Under the pieces are notes generated by a model. The model worked only from the letters and a program-made list of their open reading frames with translations, did no database searches and was not told the DNA's origin. A DNA stretch of 64,000 bases from Somniosus microcephalus (lineage: Eukaryota), in contig CM126209.1 of the NCBI GenBank assembly GCA_052327205.1, forward strand, positions 46,004,001 through 46,068,000, read 5' to 3'. The stretch's first letter is position 1, and every line of letters starts with the position of its first letter. The position numbers and the translations under genes are program-made. This document shows positions 37,178 through 49,395 of this stretch, one piece after another.

Positions 37178-37942
37178 GGCCCTGAAATTAGGATCGGGGG
37201 CTTGCCGCGTGTGCAAGCCCCCGATCTGCACTCACCCTGCGCGCCGACATCTGAAGCCCGGGCCTGCTCGCATTTCCTGTCACAGGCCCGGTTCAGATGT
37301 CGGCGCGATGTGCTTACCTGATCCAGCGGCGTAGTTAGTGCGATGTGCCGGCTGGGATCAGGTGAGCACTGTGCAGCCAATCAGGGGAGGGGAAACTCAT
37401 TCATGAGTTTGACAGTAAGAGCTGTCAAACTCATGAAAAGTATGGGCTGCCAAAACACTACTTTAACTTTAAATAAAATTTTAAAAAACATCCCACTGAT
37501 TATATTAACTATAAATAAGTTTTAAAAAATGTTTTAAACAATTAATCAATTTTTTGAAAAAAATAAAAATTTTAAAAATAGGGTCTAAACTAAACTTACC
37601 TTACTGTAAATTCTTTAAAAATAACAAACCTGTGGGAAAAAAATGTCTACATTGTACTAAAAGCCCACTTACCTGAAAAACTAAATACTTACGTCTGGTT
37701 TTTCCATGCGTAAAGACCGGAGGCCTTTACACGCGCGCAACTCTGAAAAAAAAAAGGAATTTCACTGCGCACGCGCTGCCTGTGTAGTCGCGCGCGCTCT
37801 GCCTCTTAACCCCTTGGGTCAGAGGACAGGAAATGCCGGTTTTCAGCACATGCGCTGTGCATGCTGAAAACCGGCAATTCCTCCGGGCACACGCGTGAGT
37901 ACCCCGTCCGTACTCACGCGTTGTGCCCGGAATTACTGGGCC
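37178..37942 (-). mobile_element. GGCC-ended MITE, copy 3 (inverted relative to copy 2)
   Basis: Ends GGCCCTGAAATT / AATTACTGGGCC with AT on both flanks. Hairpin at 37884-37929; homologous along its length to 33476-34238. Confidence 0.85.
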
Positions 37943-38649
37943 ATAATGAGTATCTGCAAAAAGAAAGCTGATTGATAAGTTGTAAGTGACAAAGTAACTA
38001 GTGAGCTACTGTAATTTCATTTTATGAATTATGGTATGTAACCACAGGCTAAGGCATTATCTACTTACAACAATTTGAAGAGGCTTTTAACAGAAAAGAT
38101 ACATTTTAAAGGAATCAATTTTATAGTCTTTATGGGCTACAGAAATTAGTGAAGTGAATTTGTGAAGTTACTTAGCCATTGTAATATCATACTTATTTCC
38201 ACTGATACCTCTCCATATGAGTATTCTAAATTAAAATATTCCTCTTGCAATGACTGCAGTATGAGCTCACTTATCCTTTGGCCTTTTAGCCTAAAGTACA
38301 GTACTCTGATGAATTATTTTAACATGTCTTACTGTGTTTTTGCAGTTACTTTATTAATATAAAGTATTATTAGGGATTATAACATTAGGTATAAGATAAA
38401 TTATAGTTATATACTACACAGAGATTTCTCTGTCTCTGATCTTGTTAAATATTGTTGTGTTGGTGTTCTTAAGTTTGCATCATCTTCAGGAATATTTCAA
38501 CATACTGAACAACTAAAATAGTTAACGAACTGAAAAGGGAAGTAATTGTCTGTGATCATTGCTTTATGGGGTCATTTTCAACTTTGCTAATGGTAAAACT
38601 AAAACTAATGGTAGCTTTATTCTCTGGTCCAGTCCATCTCCTATACCAC

Positions 38650-39830
38650 TTCTTTTCTATGATCCATGGTTCCATTCCTACCTCTCCCAATGTAACTAGT
38701 ATGTCTCTTGCAATGGCTTCTCCTCCAGTGGCTGCATGGTTAGCTTTGACAAAGCCCCAAGCTGTCATCTTCAGCCACCTCCTACTCCTCATATACATGT
38801 TGCCTGAAGGCAACATTCGGAAATGCTAGCTGAGCTTCCAATACATATGCAGACGACAGTCAGCTTTACCTTTTTGCTCTTTCACTTGACATCATGACTG
38901 TTATTGTGCAGTCTGGCTGTCTGTCATTCATCAAGTCACAGATGAGCCAGACCTCCTCCAACTAAACACCAGCAAGACTGAAGTCATCCTGTTCTGTTCT
39001 TGTCAGAAACTTCACACCTTAACCCGATTCCATATTCCTGCCCAGCTTCTTTCTCAGGCTGAACCTGACAGTATGCAACTTTGCTGTATTGTTTGACTCT
39101 GAGCTTGAAACCTCATCAAGACCAATTATTTCCCCTTTTGCAATATCTCCCATCTCCAACTCTCTTTATCTGTCAAGCAAGAGTTCTCCATTGCTCTCTT
39201 TCCAAGGTCCACTCAACATCAACTCATCCAGAACTCTACTGCCCACGCCCACAGCCTATATTTTACTAAGTCCCACTGGCCTATCATCCTGTCCTTGTAA
39301 TGCTCCACTAGCTGCATATCCTCCAATACACTGATTTTAAAGTCATCCTCCTTGTTTATAAATCCCTCCATAGCTTCACTCCGACCTACTGTTGCAATTT
39401 GCTCTGACCGTATATCCCCGTTTGTACCCTTTACTTATCTAAGTATGAACTACTGTATGTGCTCCCTTCACATCATCAGTCGTAGAACCTATAGTCACTG
39501 TAACCTTGCATTTGGGAATTCTCTCCCTTTGCTTTATCTCTCCCCACCTTCACTTATCTAAGTCCGAACTGCTGTATGTGCTCCCTTCACATCATCAGTC
39601 GTAGAACTTATAGTCATTGTAACCTTGCATTTGGGAATTCTCTCCCTTTGCTTTATCTCTCCCCACCTTCAAAACCCTCTTTCTTCGAAACCTATTTCTT
39701 CAAAATCACCTTCAGTCATCTCCCCTAAATCTTCTCCCAATTTCCCTTCATTGTTTAATTTTGCCCGTCTCTGTGAAGCAATGGGATATTTCACTGTGTT
39801 AAAGGTGTTACACAAGTGTAGTTGTTGTTC
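38650..39830 (+). mobile_element. Old L2 fragment containing a ~118-bp tandem duplication (39435-39671)
   Basis: TATGCAGACGAC (YADD), AAGACTGAAG and an L2-like tail. The duplicated unit CTTATCTAAG..CCCCACCTTCA starts at 39435 and 39553. Confidence 0.6.
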
Positions 39831-40294
39831 TTGGAGGGTTACCTCTGGTTAGTTGACTTCCCTCATGAGCTAGAGTAGTTAGGTAGGTACCATGATTGGG
39901 ATAAATATAAATAGTCTGTGGAGGGAGTAAGTTTGATAGTCTAAATGGCCTTTTCTGGTTCTATACTTTCGTGCTGCAGTAGCAGTGTGAGCAACAGTAG
40001 TTTTTGTGATGTCACAATAGTAACGGTGAATTAATGACCAAATCTGTGTTGTAGATTTGGTTGTGTGTAAGACAGATAACTCATTTTAGGCATGTACCAG
40101 GACAATGAGAAAAGGATGGAATATGCAAGGTAACTACAGGAAGAGAGTCTCCACTGATGACATATGCCCAGTGAGTTGCACACTTCTTTTGTAAATACAC
40201 AACCATCACAAAAAATGTTAGAAGAATGTAACTACTGGTGTAGCAACAATACAAGGACTCAAATTACTGTCTATTCAGCTTCTCATGGCCAGAA

Positions 40295-41925
40295 TCCAGA
40301 ACATAAGAACATAAGAAATAGGAGCAGGAATAGGCCACTTGGCCCCTCGAGCCTGCTTCGCCATTCAATAAAATCATGGCTGATCTTGGGCTCAAAGCCA
40401 CTTCCCAGCCCGCTCCCCATAACCCTTCACTCCCTTATCTTGCAAAAATTTGTCTATCTCTACTTTGAATGTATTTAATGACCCAGCCTCCACGGCTCTC
40501 TGGGGCAGAGAATTCCACAAATTTACAACCCTCTGAGAGAAGAAGTTCCTTCTCATCTCAGTTCTAAAAGGGTGACTCTTTATTCTAAAACTGTGCCCCC
40601 GAGTTCTAGATTTCCCCATGAGGGGAAACATCCTCTCTGCATCTTCCCTGTCGAGCCCCCTCAGTATCTTATATGTTTCGATAAGATCACCTCTCATTCT
40701 TCTAAATTCCAATGAGTATAGGCTCAGCCTGCTCAACCTTTCCTCATAAGTCAAACCCCTTATCTCTGGAATTAACCTAGTGAATTGTCTCTGAACTGCC
40801 TCCAATGCAAGTATATCCTTCCTTAAATAAGGAGACCAAAACTGTACACAGTACTCAAGGTGTGGTCTCACCAATACCTTGTACAGTTGTAGCAGGACAT
40901 CCCTGCTTTTATACTCTAACTCCCTTGAAATAAAGGCCAACATTCCATTTGCCTTTTTGATTACTTGCTGTACCTGCATGCTAACTTTTTGTGTTTCATG
41001 CACAAGGACCCCCAGGTCCCTCTGAAATGTAGCATTTTGTAATCTCTCTCCATTTAAATAATAGTTTGCTTTTTTATTTTTCCTGTCAAAGTGGATAACC
41101 CAGCACTTTCCCACATTATACTCCATCTGCCAAATGTTTGCCCACTCACTTAGCCTGTCTATATCCCTTTGCAGATTCTTTGAGTCCTCTGCACACCTTG
41201 TTTTCCCACCCATCTTTGTATCATCCACAAACTGGCTACATTATACTCGATCCCTTGTAAATAGTTGAGGCCCCAGCACCAATCCTTGTGGCACCCCACT
41301 GGTTACCGTTTGCCAACCAGAAAATTACCCATTTATCCCGACTCTCTGCTTTCTGTTAGTTAGCCAATTCTCTATCTATGCGAATATATTTCCCCCAACT
41401 CCGTGAGCTCTTATCTTATGCAGTAACCTTTTATGTGGCACCTTATCGAAAGCCTTCTGGAAATCCAAATACACCACATCCACTGGCTCACCCTTGTCCA
41501 CCCTTGTCCACCCTGCTTGTTACATCCTCAAAGAACTCCAGCAAATTTGTTAAACATGATTTCCCTTTCCTAAAACCATGCTGACTCTGTTTGACTGCAG
41601 TATGTTATTCTAAATGCCCTGCTACTGCTTCCTTAATGAAGGACTCCAGCATTTTCCCAACGACAGAAGTTAGGCTAACTGGTCTATAATTTCCTGCTTT
41701 CTGTCTCCCTCCTTCCTTAAATAGGGGTGTTACATTAGTGGTTTTCCAATCCGCTGGGACCTCTCCAGAGTCCAGGGAATTTTGGTAGATTGCAACCAAT
41801 GCATCCACTATCTCTGCAGCCACTTCCTTTAAGGCCCTGGGATGCAGGCCATTTGGTCCAGGGGACTTGTCGTCTTTTAGTCCCATCATTTTACCGAGTA
41901 CTATTTCCTCAGTGATAGTGAAGTT
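40295..41925 (-). mobile_element. CR1 LINE (RT region to 3' end, internally deleted)
   Basis: Reads KSPGPNGLHPRALKE..GNYRPVSLTS and FVDDTK..RPHLEYCVQFWSP; (TTCTTATG)n tail. Confidence 0.93.
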
Positions 41926-42921
41926 CCAGGATTGTTCCATTTGTGCTAATTATGGAATTCAGACTTTGATCTGTTAGTTTTAAACTATTGGGGTTTATGC
42001 ACACATTTTGTCAGAATGGAGTGACATCATATAAGTCTTCAGATTTGCTGTTCTACACAGCCAAATGCTCTAGGTGGTTATACTGTACTGGTGGAGCTGA
42101 ATTCAGATGACTTAAGAGCCACTCTATTTGCTAAAATGTAGTATGAATGGGGTTTCAATCAACCAGCTAAACAGGAACAAACCAATATTTTTGTTTGATA
42201 GACGTCAGCTTTTGTTTTTAACATATACAACAATGCCATTTTCAGATGTATACCGTAAATAGTTAAAGTAACTTATATGTAAAAATGAAGTAAAAAGCTC
42301 TGCTTGGTATTCATTTTCTTGTTATAGGCAATGATCTCAGACAATAAAGCTCTGTGAAATTTCTCACCAATCAATTAAAACACCACATCCAACTTAGAAA
42401 GCACATTTATGATTGACTAGTTTACATTCCACATATGGTTGCCACCTGTCCTATTTTCAGTTGGAGGGTCTGTTTTTCCAACTCACTGTCCATTTTAAAA
42501 AAAAAGGTGCACTGGGCAGCAAAAGTATAGATTGTGTGTATATGGCCTAGTTTTCTTCTCAGCCATACAGCACCACCGATAGATCTGGCTGGGCTCTGGT
42601 GCCACCTTTTCCCTCACAGCTTCAAATGTGATTATAAGTGGGCCTTTTATAAACCTACAATTATCCTCACTTCACTTAAAGGAAAGCCTCACAGTTTTTG
42701 CCATCACTAGCAATTACTTATACAGTACAATGTGGTAAGTACTGCCCATCAACAGGTCAGCTGCAGTTTTTTTCCCCTTTATTTTCATACTTAACTGATT
42801 GAAACTAAGAAGAAATACACTCATTCTCAACCAACGAGCTTTGTAGTGATTTACCTTCAGCTGGTGGTATAACCTTCAGCGGTAGTAAATGTTGTATAAA
42901 ATATCCACTAAAAACATATTA

Positions 42922-43802
42922 GGGCTAGAAATTTGGCTCCTTTGCGCCTGACATTAGTGCCTCGGTGGGGGGGGGGGGGGGGAAAGCGCCTCCTGAGAAA
43001 TTCAGCGAGGTGTTGCTGAGGCACTACCCGATAGCGCCACGCCCCCGCCGGTAACGCCCCGGGCTGCTGTGCCGCCAGCGATGACTTCATCGCTATACAC
43101 GTGACTCCTTAGTGCCCCGCCATGGCCCCTTACTGCCCCGTGGCAGAAATTCGGCTGCGCCCTGCGAGTCTGTCACAATGTCAGCGGCAGCCTCGCGGGT
43201 CGTGAACTGGGCCGACCTCCGTTCATGGGGCGGTATTTAAAGGGGAGGTGTGGCCGCGACCCGCGCCGCCATTTTCTTTTTTTGGCCAACCTCCAGGTGC
43301 GCCACAGGAGGTTTCTGTCCTCCCTGAGCACCCCTCCATGGTGGGCCGTGGTGTGGTCCTGGCCATCATCGCGCAGCCCGACACTGCGTCTCGGCGCTGG
43401 GCTGCGGTCGTGGCACCACGTCGCCCTGGTGGCCTAATGTTTATTTTATTCGTTTATGGGATGTGGGCGTCGTTGGCAAAGCCAGCATTTATTGCCCATC
43501 CCTATTTGCCCTAGTGTGAGCCATCGGAGGCCCTGCAGAGTGCGCAACGGCCCTCCCCTTTAACTGAAGGGGAGGGGCGTTGAAACGCAGCAGCTCTCTG
43601 CGGAGCGCTGCCAATCGCGCTCCGACATCGCCTCAGTTACCGCCCCACCAGGAAGTGGAGCGCCCAAAATTGCGCACCACTTCCTGTGTGGGGCAGAAAG
43701 CCGAATTTAGTGGCTGGGGCGGTACTTCTGCGCCGGGCACTAAATGTCCAGTCTTAACTCAGAAACCGCCCCCAAACGGGGCGTAACCGAATTTTGTGCC
43801 CC
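42922..43802. mobile_element. CpG-rich MITE with GGGC-AGAAATT ends, containing a ~75-bp LINE-tail insertion (43440-43512)
   Basis: TIR GGGCTAGAAATTTGG / CCGAATTTTGTGCCC. The insert matches the tail at 16845-16925 and is flanked by CCTAATGT/CCTAGTGT. Confidence 0.7.
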
Positions 43803-44049
43803 ACTAACCCCGAAGGCCTGCTTCTGTCCCAAACTCCACCCCTCTCCAGTTTTGGGCTCAGCAAAAGATGGTAATCCTCCTTCACAGGTGACTCACCTAC
43901 ACACCCAGCAGTACTTCTAGGCTTCCACCTATATTGCTTGGTATCTGGCCGCCTGGAAGTTCTCAAGTGTTGCCTGTGGAATTCTCCTTTTTATTTTTCC
44001 CTATCACTTTATAGGGAAGTGGCTGGTCTCCACTTTGCTGCTTCCCATG

Positions 44050-44315
44050 ATGGTCCAGCAGAGTTTACTCAGACAAATGGAAAAGATTTATGGCACTATT
44101 ATAAAGAACAACAGGAAATTTTCCCAATGTCCTGGCTAACATTTCTCCCTCAACCATTCATTCCTTCATTTACTGTTTGTGGGACATTACTGTACACAGA
44201 TTGACTGCCACATTTGTCTATATAACTGTAAATGCACTTCAAAAGTAATTAATTGGTTGTAAAACATGTTCAAATGTCTGGAGAATGTGATGAGGTGCTG
44301 TAGTATTTCTTTCTT
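44050..44315 (+). mobile_element. Degenerate Deu-SINE
   Basis: AAAAGATTTATGGCACTATT..GCACTTCAAAAGTAATTAATTGGTTGTAAA. Confidence 0.55.
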
Positions 44316-45244
44316 TCCATAGGTGTAACTAGGTAGTGAGCGCTCCTGCGTCTTATTAAAGGCAAATTAGGAATGGATTACAATTCTCAATTGGCACTTT
44401 CTGTGCAGATATACAATTTTTGTGAATGTATAAGTTTTTGTTTTCTCTGATACTACAGCATAAATAATTACAACAAATAACTTGTGCTGGTCACAGCATA
44501 ATTGACAGTTCTAGCAGTGATTGGACAAAATGCTGAATATTTGAAATCTGATATAAAACATAAAATGTTGGAATTGCTCAGTCAAAATCTAAAAAACAGG
44601 TTAAAGTATCAGTTAAGAATTGATTAGTTAGCCTTGTTAATGACAACTTCTCTTTCACTGGCTACTTTGAGTGAACAAAATAGGTTCATGTCAATGTGGG
44701 AAGAAAAGGAAAAGAGGAATATGCTTAAAAGCTTACCAACCTTGCTGAATTAATATATATTTATGGGAGAAACTTTGAAGAGAACTTTACTTCGGTAGAT
44801 TTCCATTGGGAAAAAAATCTAGAGAAAGCACACTTTTAACCTGATGCTGCAATATGATTGCTACTCACAGTCTTTGAAGTTTCATCACAAATGGGATGTT
44901 AGTTTGCACAGTTTTATAGCTTAAATCCGCATTTATTTTTCAGGCCTGTAAAAGAAGCTATCTGAGGTTTTCTTCACTCTTTTCCTTTCCTGAAGGTCCA
45001 GATCCTGCAGTACCATTTTTCGTGTGTTAGCCCAGATTGTCATCATGCAATGCTATTTGGCTGTGGGAGGACATCAAAACCAAAACCTGATCCTGACCTC
45101 ACTCAATCTCCACATACATCCACTTTGCAGCAGGGGTCACTGGAGAGCAATCAGGATCAGGCGCTCTGGCTGATTTCTCTTTCCCCTCTTCAAATAGCAA
45201 ATAAACATCAATGGGCAGCGCTCTTGTCTCTTGTGTCAAGTCCT

Positions 45245-45845
45245 ACTCCGGGACACAAGGTAGCTAACACTCTAGTGCGGTACTGAAGGAGTGCAGCATT
45301 GACAGAGGTGCTGTCTTTCAGATGAGATGTTAAAGCCAGGTGTGCCTGTTCAGGTGGATGTAAAAGATTCCATAGCATTATTCAAAGAAGAGCAGGAAGA
45401 TTTTGCAATGTCTTGACTATCATCCCTCCTGCAACCAACACCAACAAAAACAATTTAACTGGCCGTTCATCTTGTTTGTGCTGTGTGTGATTTTGCTGTG
45501 TATAAATTGACTGTCGTGTTTGCCGACATAGATAGGCAACAGTGAGGACACATTAAAATTAATTCAGTGGTTGAGGATGTGTGAAAATTTCTATATAAAT
45601 GCAAGTTCTTTATTTGTACTATTTGAAGAGAAGATAGTTCTCTCGTAATTTGGTCGATATTCCTTCTTCAACCAACGGAAAAAAACGGAATAACTAGTCA
45701 GTTACCTCATTGCTAGGTGTGGAAACTTGCTGGGAGCGAAACGACTGCAACGTTTCCTTACACAACAACAGTCACTGCACTCCACAAATTGCACATTGTT
45801 TGAAGCGCTTTGAAACATTTCTGAGATAGGTGATAAAGGTGTTTC
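45245..45845 (+). mobile_element. Two tandem Deu-domain SINE copies (~45245-45612, ~45613-45845)
   Basis: GAGGTGCTGTCTTTCAGATGAGATGTTAAA..CAGGTGGATGTAAAAGATTCCCATAGCA..CTATATAAATGCAAG. Confidence 0.7.
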
Positions 45846-46849
45846 TTCGGTAGAATGATGTATTGGTGTTCGTGCGTAGCACCTGAACTACCAATAGGGG
45901 GCAGTAAAGCACAATCTAGCCTTTTGCAATGATTCCCAGAGAGCAGAAACATGAAAAACTTCAAATACTCCAAACTTCAACACTACAAGTTATCGCAATC
46001 GCCTTCAGTTAGAAAAATAAATCATAAACGTCCCATTAATATTCTCCTAAGATTTAAACAGCGGCGTGTTAAGTTTTCATACCTTCCGATGTTTTAGTTG
46101 AAGTACACCTATCATACTTGTGTATAAGGAACTATTTTGGGAGATGACACCACGTTTATATTACTTGCCACAACATACTGAGGATTCCCCACACAACACA
46201 ACGTGCAAAAACTAAAGTGTTTGCTGGTAAACATCGAGAGCCGATATAAATGTTTAGCCTCCAGTAATGCTAAATAACTTTCCTTCGTCCTGACACCCCC
46301 AGTTACTAAGTGTACTGATCAATCTATGGCTGTTTATTTCTGCAACAAAAAATTGCTTACTAGTAATTTCAGCTCGGACTGAGTTTGCACATACACAATC
46401 CTGTTTGTGGTAATTCCAGAAAGTCTGCTCGTATTTAGTTATTTAAACAGACTAGACTATTTCGCTGCATCTCAGTCTGTATAAAACAGGCAGGCGCGAC
46501 AGAGCACAGGCGGAGACAGGACTGCAATCCCAGGTTCAAAGCATTAACGTGTCTCGGGCAAACCACGTGCCCTAGGTAAGTCGAATGAAATCTTTAAACT
46601 AGGAGAGGGATGTAATATTATACACAAAGTCTATTTGAATTTTAAAGTGTCGAAAATTGGTCTGGTGTGAAATGTCTGACAATAAATATCAAACATTTGA
46701 GAAAAGTTGCAATACATTAGCTATGATCCACAAATGAAATGTAAGCTAAATATGTATAATTCCTCCAAAGTGTCACGTTAGCGAACATTTAGAAGTTGGT
46801 GGGACTTTTGAAGATTTTGACCGCTTCCTGTTGAGAAATCCATTCGGTC

Positions 46850-47760
46850 CAGTTGCTGAGATGGGCTGTGAGTAAAGCGGAGTCCTGTTGGCGGTGAGGG
46901 TGAGGGGGAGGTGCACTGAAGCGCAGCCAGATTGATCTACCTGTTCTGGTTGAGACTGCAGGCGATGCACCTAGTCATTACTTAAATGCCGCACTTGGCT
47001 CTGGCTCTCAGTCTTCTCCTGAGAGTGAGCGGAGTTTGATGTAAGAGCACGCCCGTCCGCCCTGTAAAGCCGCAGCCAGCCTGCCTAGCGGATTATGAAC
47101 GCCTTTGGACAGCAACCTCCTCCTAATGCTCAACCTTCCCCCCTCCAACACCCCAACGCGCAGGACATCTTGGACATGGCCGTGTACTGCGACAACTTCA
47201 GCATGTATCCGCAAAACCTGCACCACCACCATCCTCAGCGACCCTCTCCCCACCCACCGAGCTATGGGCTGCCCGACTACACCTCCCCGTCCAGCAACCC
47301 CTACCTGTGGCTCAACGGACCGGCGATTAACTCTTCTCCTTATCTTCCAGGGACTAATGGGGCGGCTTACATCCCGTCGGGTTACGGGACGGGCCAGCGG
47401 CAGTTCCTGCCGCCTCCCTCGGGCTTCGGGGGCACCGAGCTGGGCTGGCTGTCCCTCCCGAGCCAGCAGGAACTTTTTAAAATGGTTCGCCCTCCCTACT
47501 CGTACTCGGCGCTGATCGCCATGGCGATCCAGAACGCACCGGACAAGAAGCTGACCCTCAGTCAGATCTACCAGTACGTGGCGGAAAACTTCCCCTTTTA
47601 CAAGAAGAGTAAAGCAGGCTGGCAGAACTCCATCCGGCACAACCTGTCCCTCAACGACTGTTTCAAGAAAGTTCCCAGGGACGAGGACGATCCAGGTACA
47701 GTTTGGTACTCGTTGGAGCTGAGCGATTTCCCGGTTTGTCCAGCTCGCGAATTAACACAT
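46850..47760 (+). promoter_or_regulatory. CpG island / proximal promoter of foxi2
   Basis: High CpG density. TTAAAT (46982-46987) lies ~26 bp before an Inr-like TCAGTCT (47008-47014). The TSS is inferred only. Confidence 0.6.
47095..47695 (+). CDS. foxi2: Forkhead box protein I2, coding exon 1
   Basis: Forkhead domain [34 protein letters not shown]-terminal [37 protein letters not shown] and QRQFLPP match FoxI2 as I recall it better than FoxI1/3. Phase-1 GT donor at 47696. Confidence 0.92.
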
Positions 47761-48443
47761 TGGAAAAAGACAGAAATAACAGTCTGGCCGAATAATGACC
47801 AAACGGGGCTGGGATTTTAACGCTTGTACACAGTTTTGAGAACAAACTTTTTGTACAAGTCGGATTTGTTTTAACTCGAGCGTCTCCTGCCGAAGTTATT
47901 GTCCGCTAAATTCTTTTATTTCAAATTTCGTAACAATTATAAACCGTTGTTCTTAATGACTTGGGCTAATAATAAGCGATTAGTTTTTTAAAATATCGCC
48001 GCCAATTCCTTACAGCGTGGCCCAAATGCATAACGGCAGGTGAAGGTTGAAAGTTCAGCTCAGTGTGGAATTGGGATTGTAACGAGGACATGTTGCGGTG
48101 CTTGCAAAGTCTGGGGGAGTTGCTTGTCAAAAAAAGTCGTTTCGTTTGGGCGCCTGTCTCCTTCCCGAGCTGCAGTAAGGAGCGTGTCTATCGTGGGGGT
48201 GGAGAGGGGGGAGTTAGTTGATCTTATCAGCTGCAACTTTGCTTGCATTCACTTGTTCATTTTAAATTTTTTAACCGCAATTTGTTTCAAATTACATTCT
48301 GTGCTTCCACACTCAGAGAGTTGGGCGGGGGTGAGCAAGGAAGGGTTTATTTTTCAATTTAAGCCAAGATCCATGTTTGGTTGACGATGCACAAGGTCGC
48401 TCGGTTTAAATGCTTTACTCTCTCTCTCTCTTTATCATTCCAG

Positions 48444-48997
48444 GTAAAGGTAACTACTGGACTCTAGATCCCAATTGTGAAAAGATGTTTGACAATGGGA
48501 ATTTCAGGAGGAAGAGGAAGCGAAGATCTGAGACCACAGGACCTAGTGGCCATGGGCTCGGTGACAAGGCTGACGACACGGTTATTAAAGCTTCAGACAC
48601 AGCCAGTGTCCTGGGCCCGGCTTCCCCTGGACTGGAGAGCTCCCCTGGAACTGCCAGTGATTGCAAACCCTCGCCTCCACCAAGCATACAATCCAACCCC
48701 TGTTTCAGCAACTTTGTGTCTAATATGAGTTCCATGGTCAACGGCAGCAGTGGGATGAACAGGCCGATTTCCTCTGGGGGACTGATGGGAGATTTATCAC
48801 AAGGTAGACAACATCTCCCCGGACTCAATTCCTACTCACCTTCGCATAACTCGATACATAACACAGTCGACATCCACAATCGACTGAACTACTATCAATC
48901 TACAGTTTCAAGTCAGCAAAGTGGACTGAGCGGCCCTTTGTGCAACAACTTCAGCGTCAATAATCTAATTTACAGCAGAGAGGGCACAGAGGTTTAA
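48444..48997 (+). CDS. foxi2: Forkhead box protein I2, coding exon 2 (spliced CDS 1155 nt, 384 aa)
   Basis: Polypyrimidine tract and AG at 48442-48443. Splicing restores DPG|[27 protein letters not shown]. FoxI C-terminus [15 protein letters not shown]. Confidence 0.92.
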
Positions 48998-49014
48998 CCA
49001 GAAGGATTGTGAAT

Positions 49015-49395
49015 AATAAAGAGTGCAAAACTTAGGTAGTAACAGAGAAAATACTTTTTTTAAATAAAATAACGATGTAAGTAATATTTTTAGTATAGTT
49101 TGGGTATAATTGATTTGTTTTCGTGTGTCAAAGTACTCTTACTATCAATTTCATGGATGAGTACCATTACTTTTACTTTTAGCTAGCATTTCGACACAAA
49201 TCATTTGTTTACATAAGCAACACTATGCAAAATGACAAAAGGTTGGCCTGTCAAACGAAACAACCTGTAGATGGGGAATAATGCACTAAGTAACCAATAA
49301 ATAAATTAATTTTGTAGAAGAATATGTTATATATCTAGTTATCACAGTTTTGGAATGTACGATGATCTATTGTCACACATTATGGAGAAATAAAT
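49015..49395 (+). terminator. Candidate polyadenylation signals of foxi2
   Basis: AATAAA at ~49015, ~49063, ~49296 and ~49389 in an AT-rich 3' UTR. Which one is used is unknown. Confidence 0.4.

Noticed and set aside
47008-47640. 210-aa antisense ORF over foxi2 exon 1 (also 48454-48828)
   Set aside because: Shadow of GC-rich coding sequence with no independent motif.
47696-48443. ORF-track extensions of both foxi2 exons into the intron
   Set aside because: GT/AG splicing at 47696/48443 is needed to rebuild the forkhead domain, so the extra residues are intronic.
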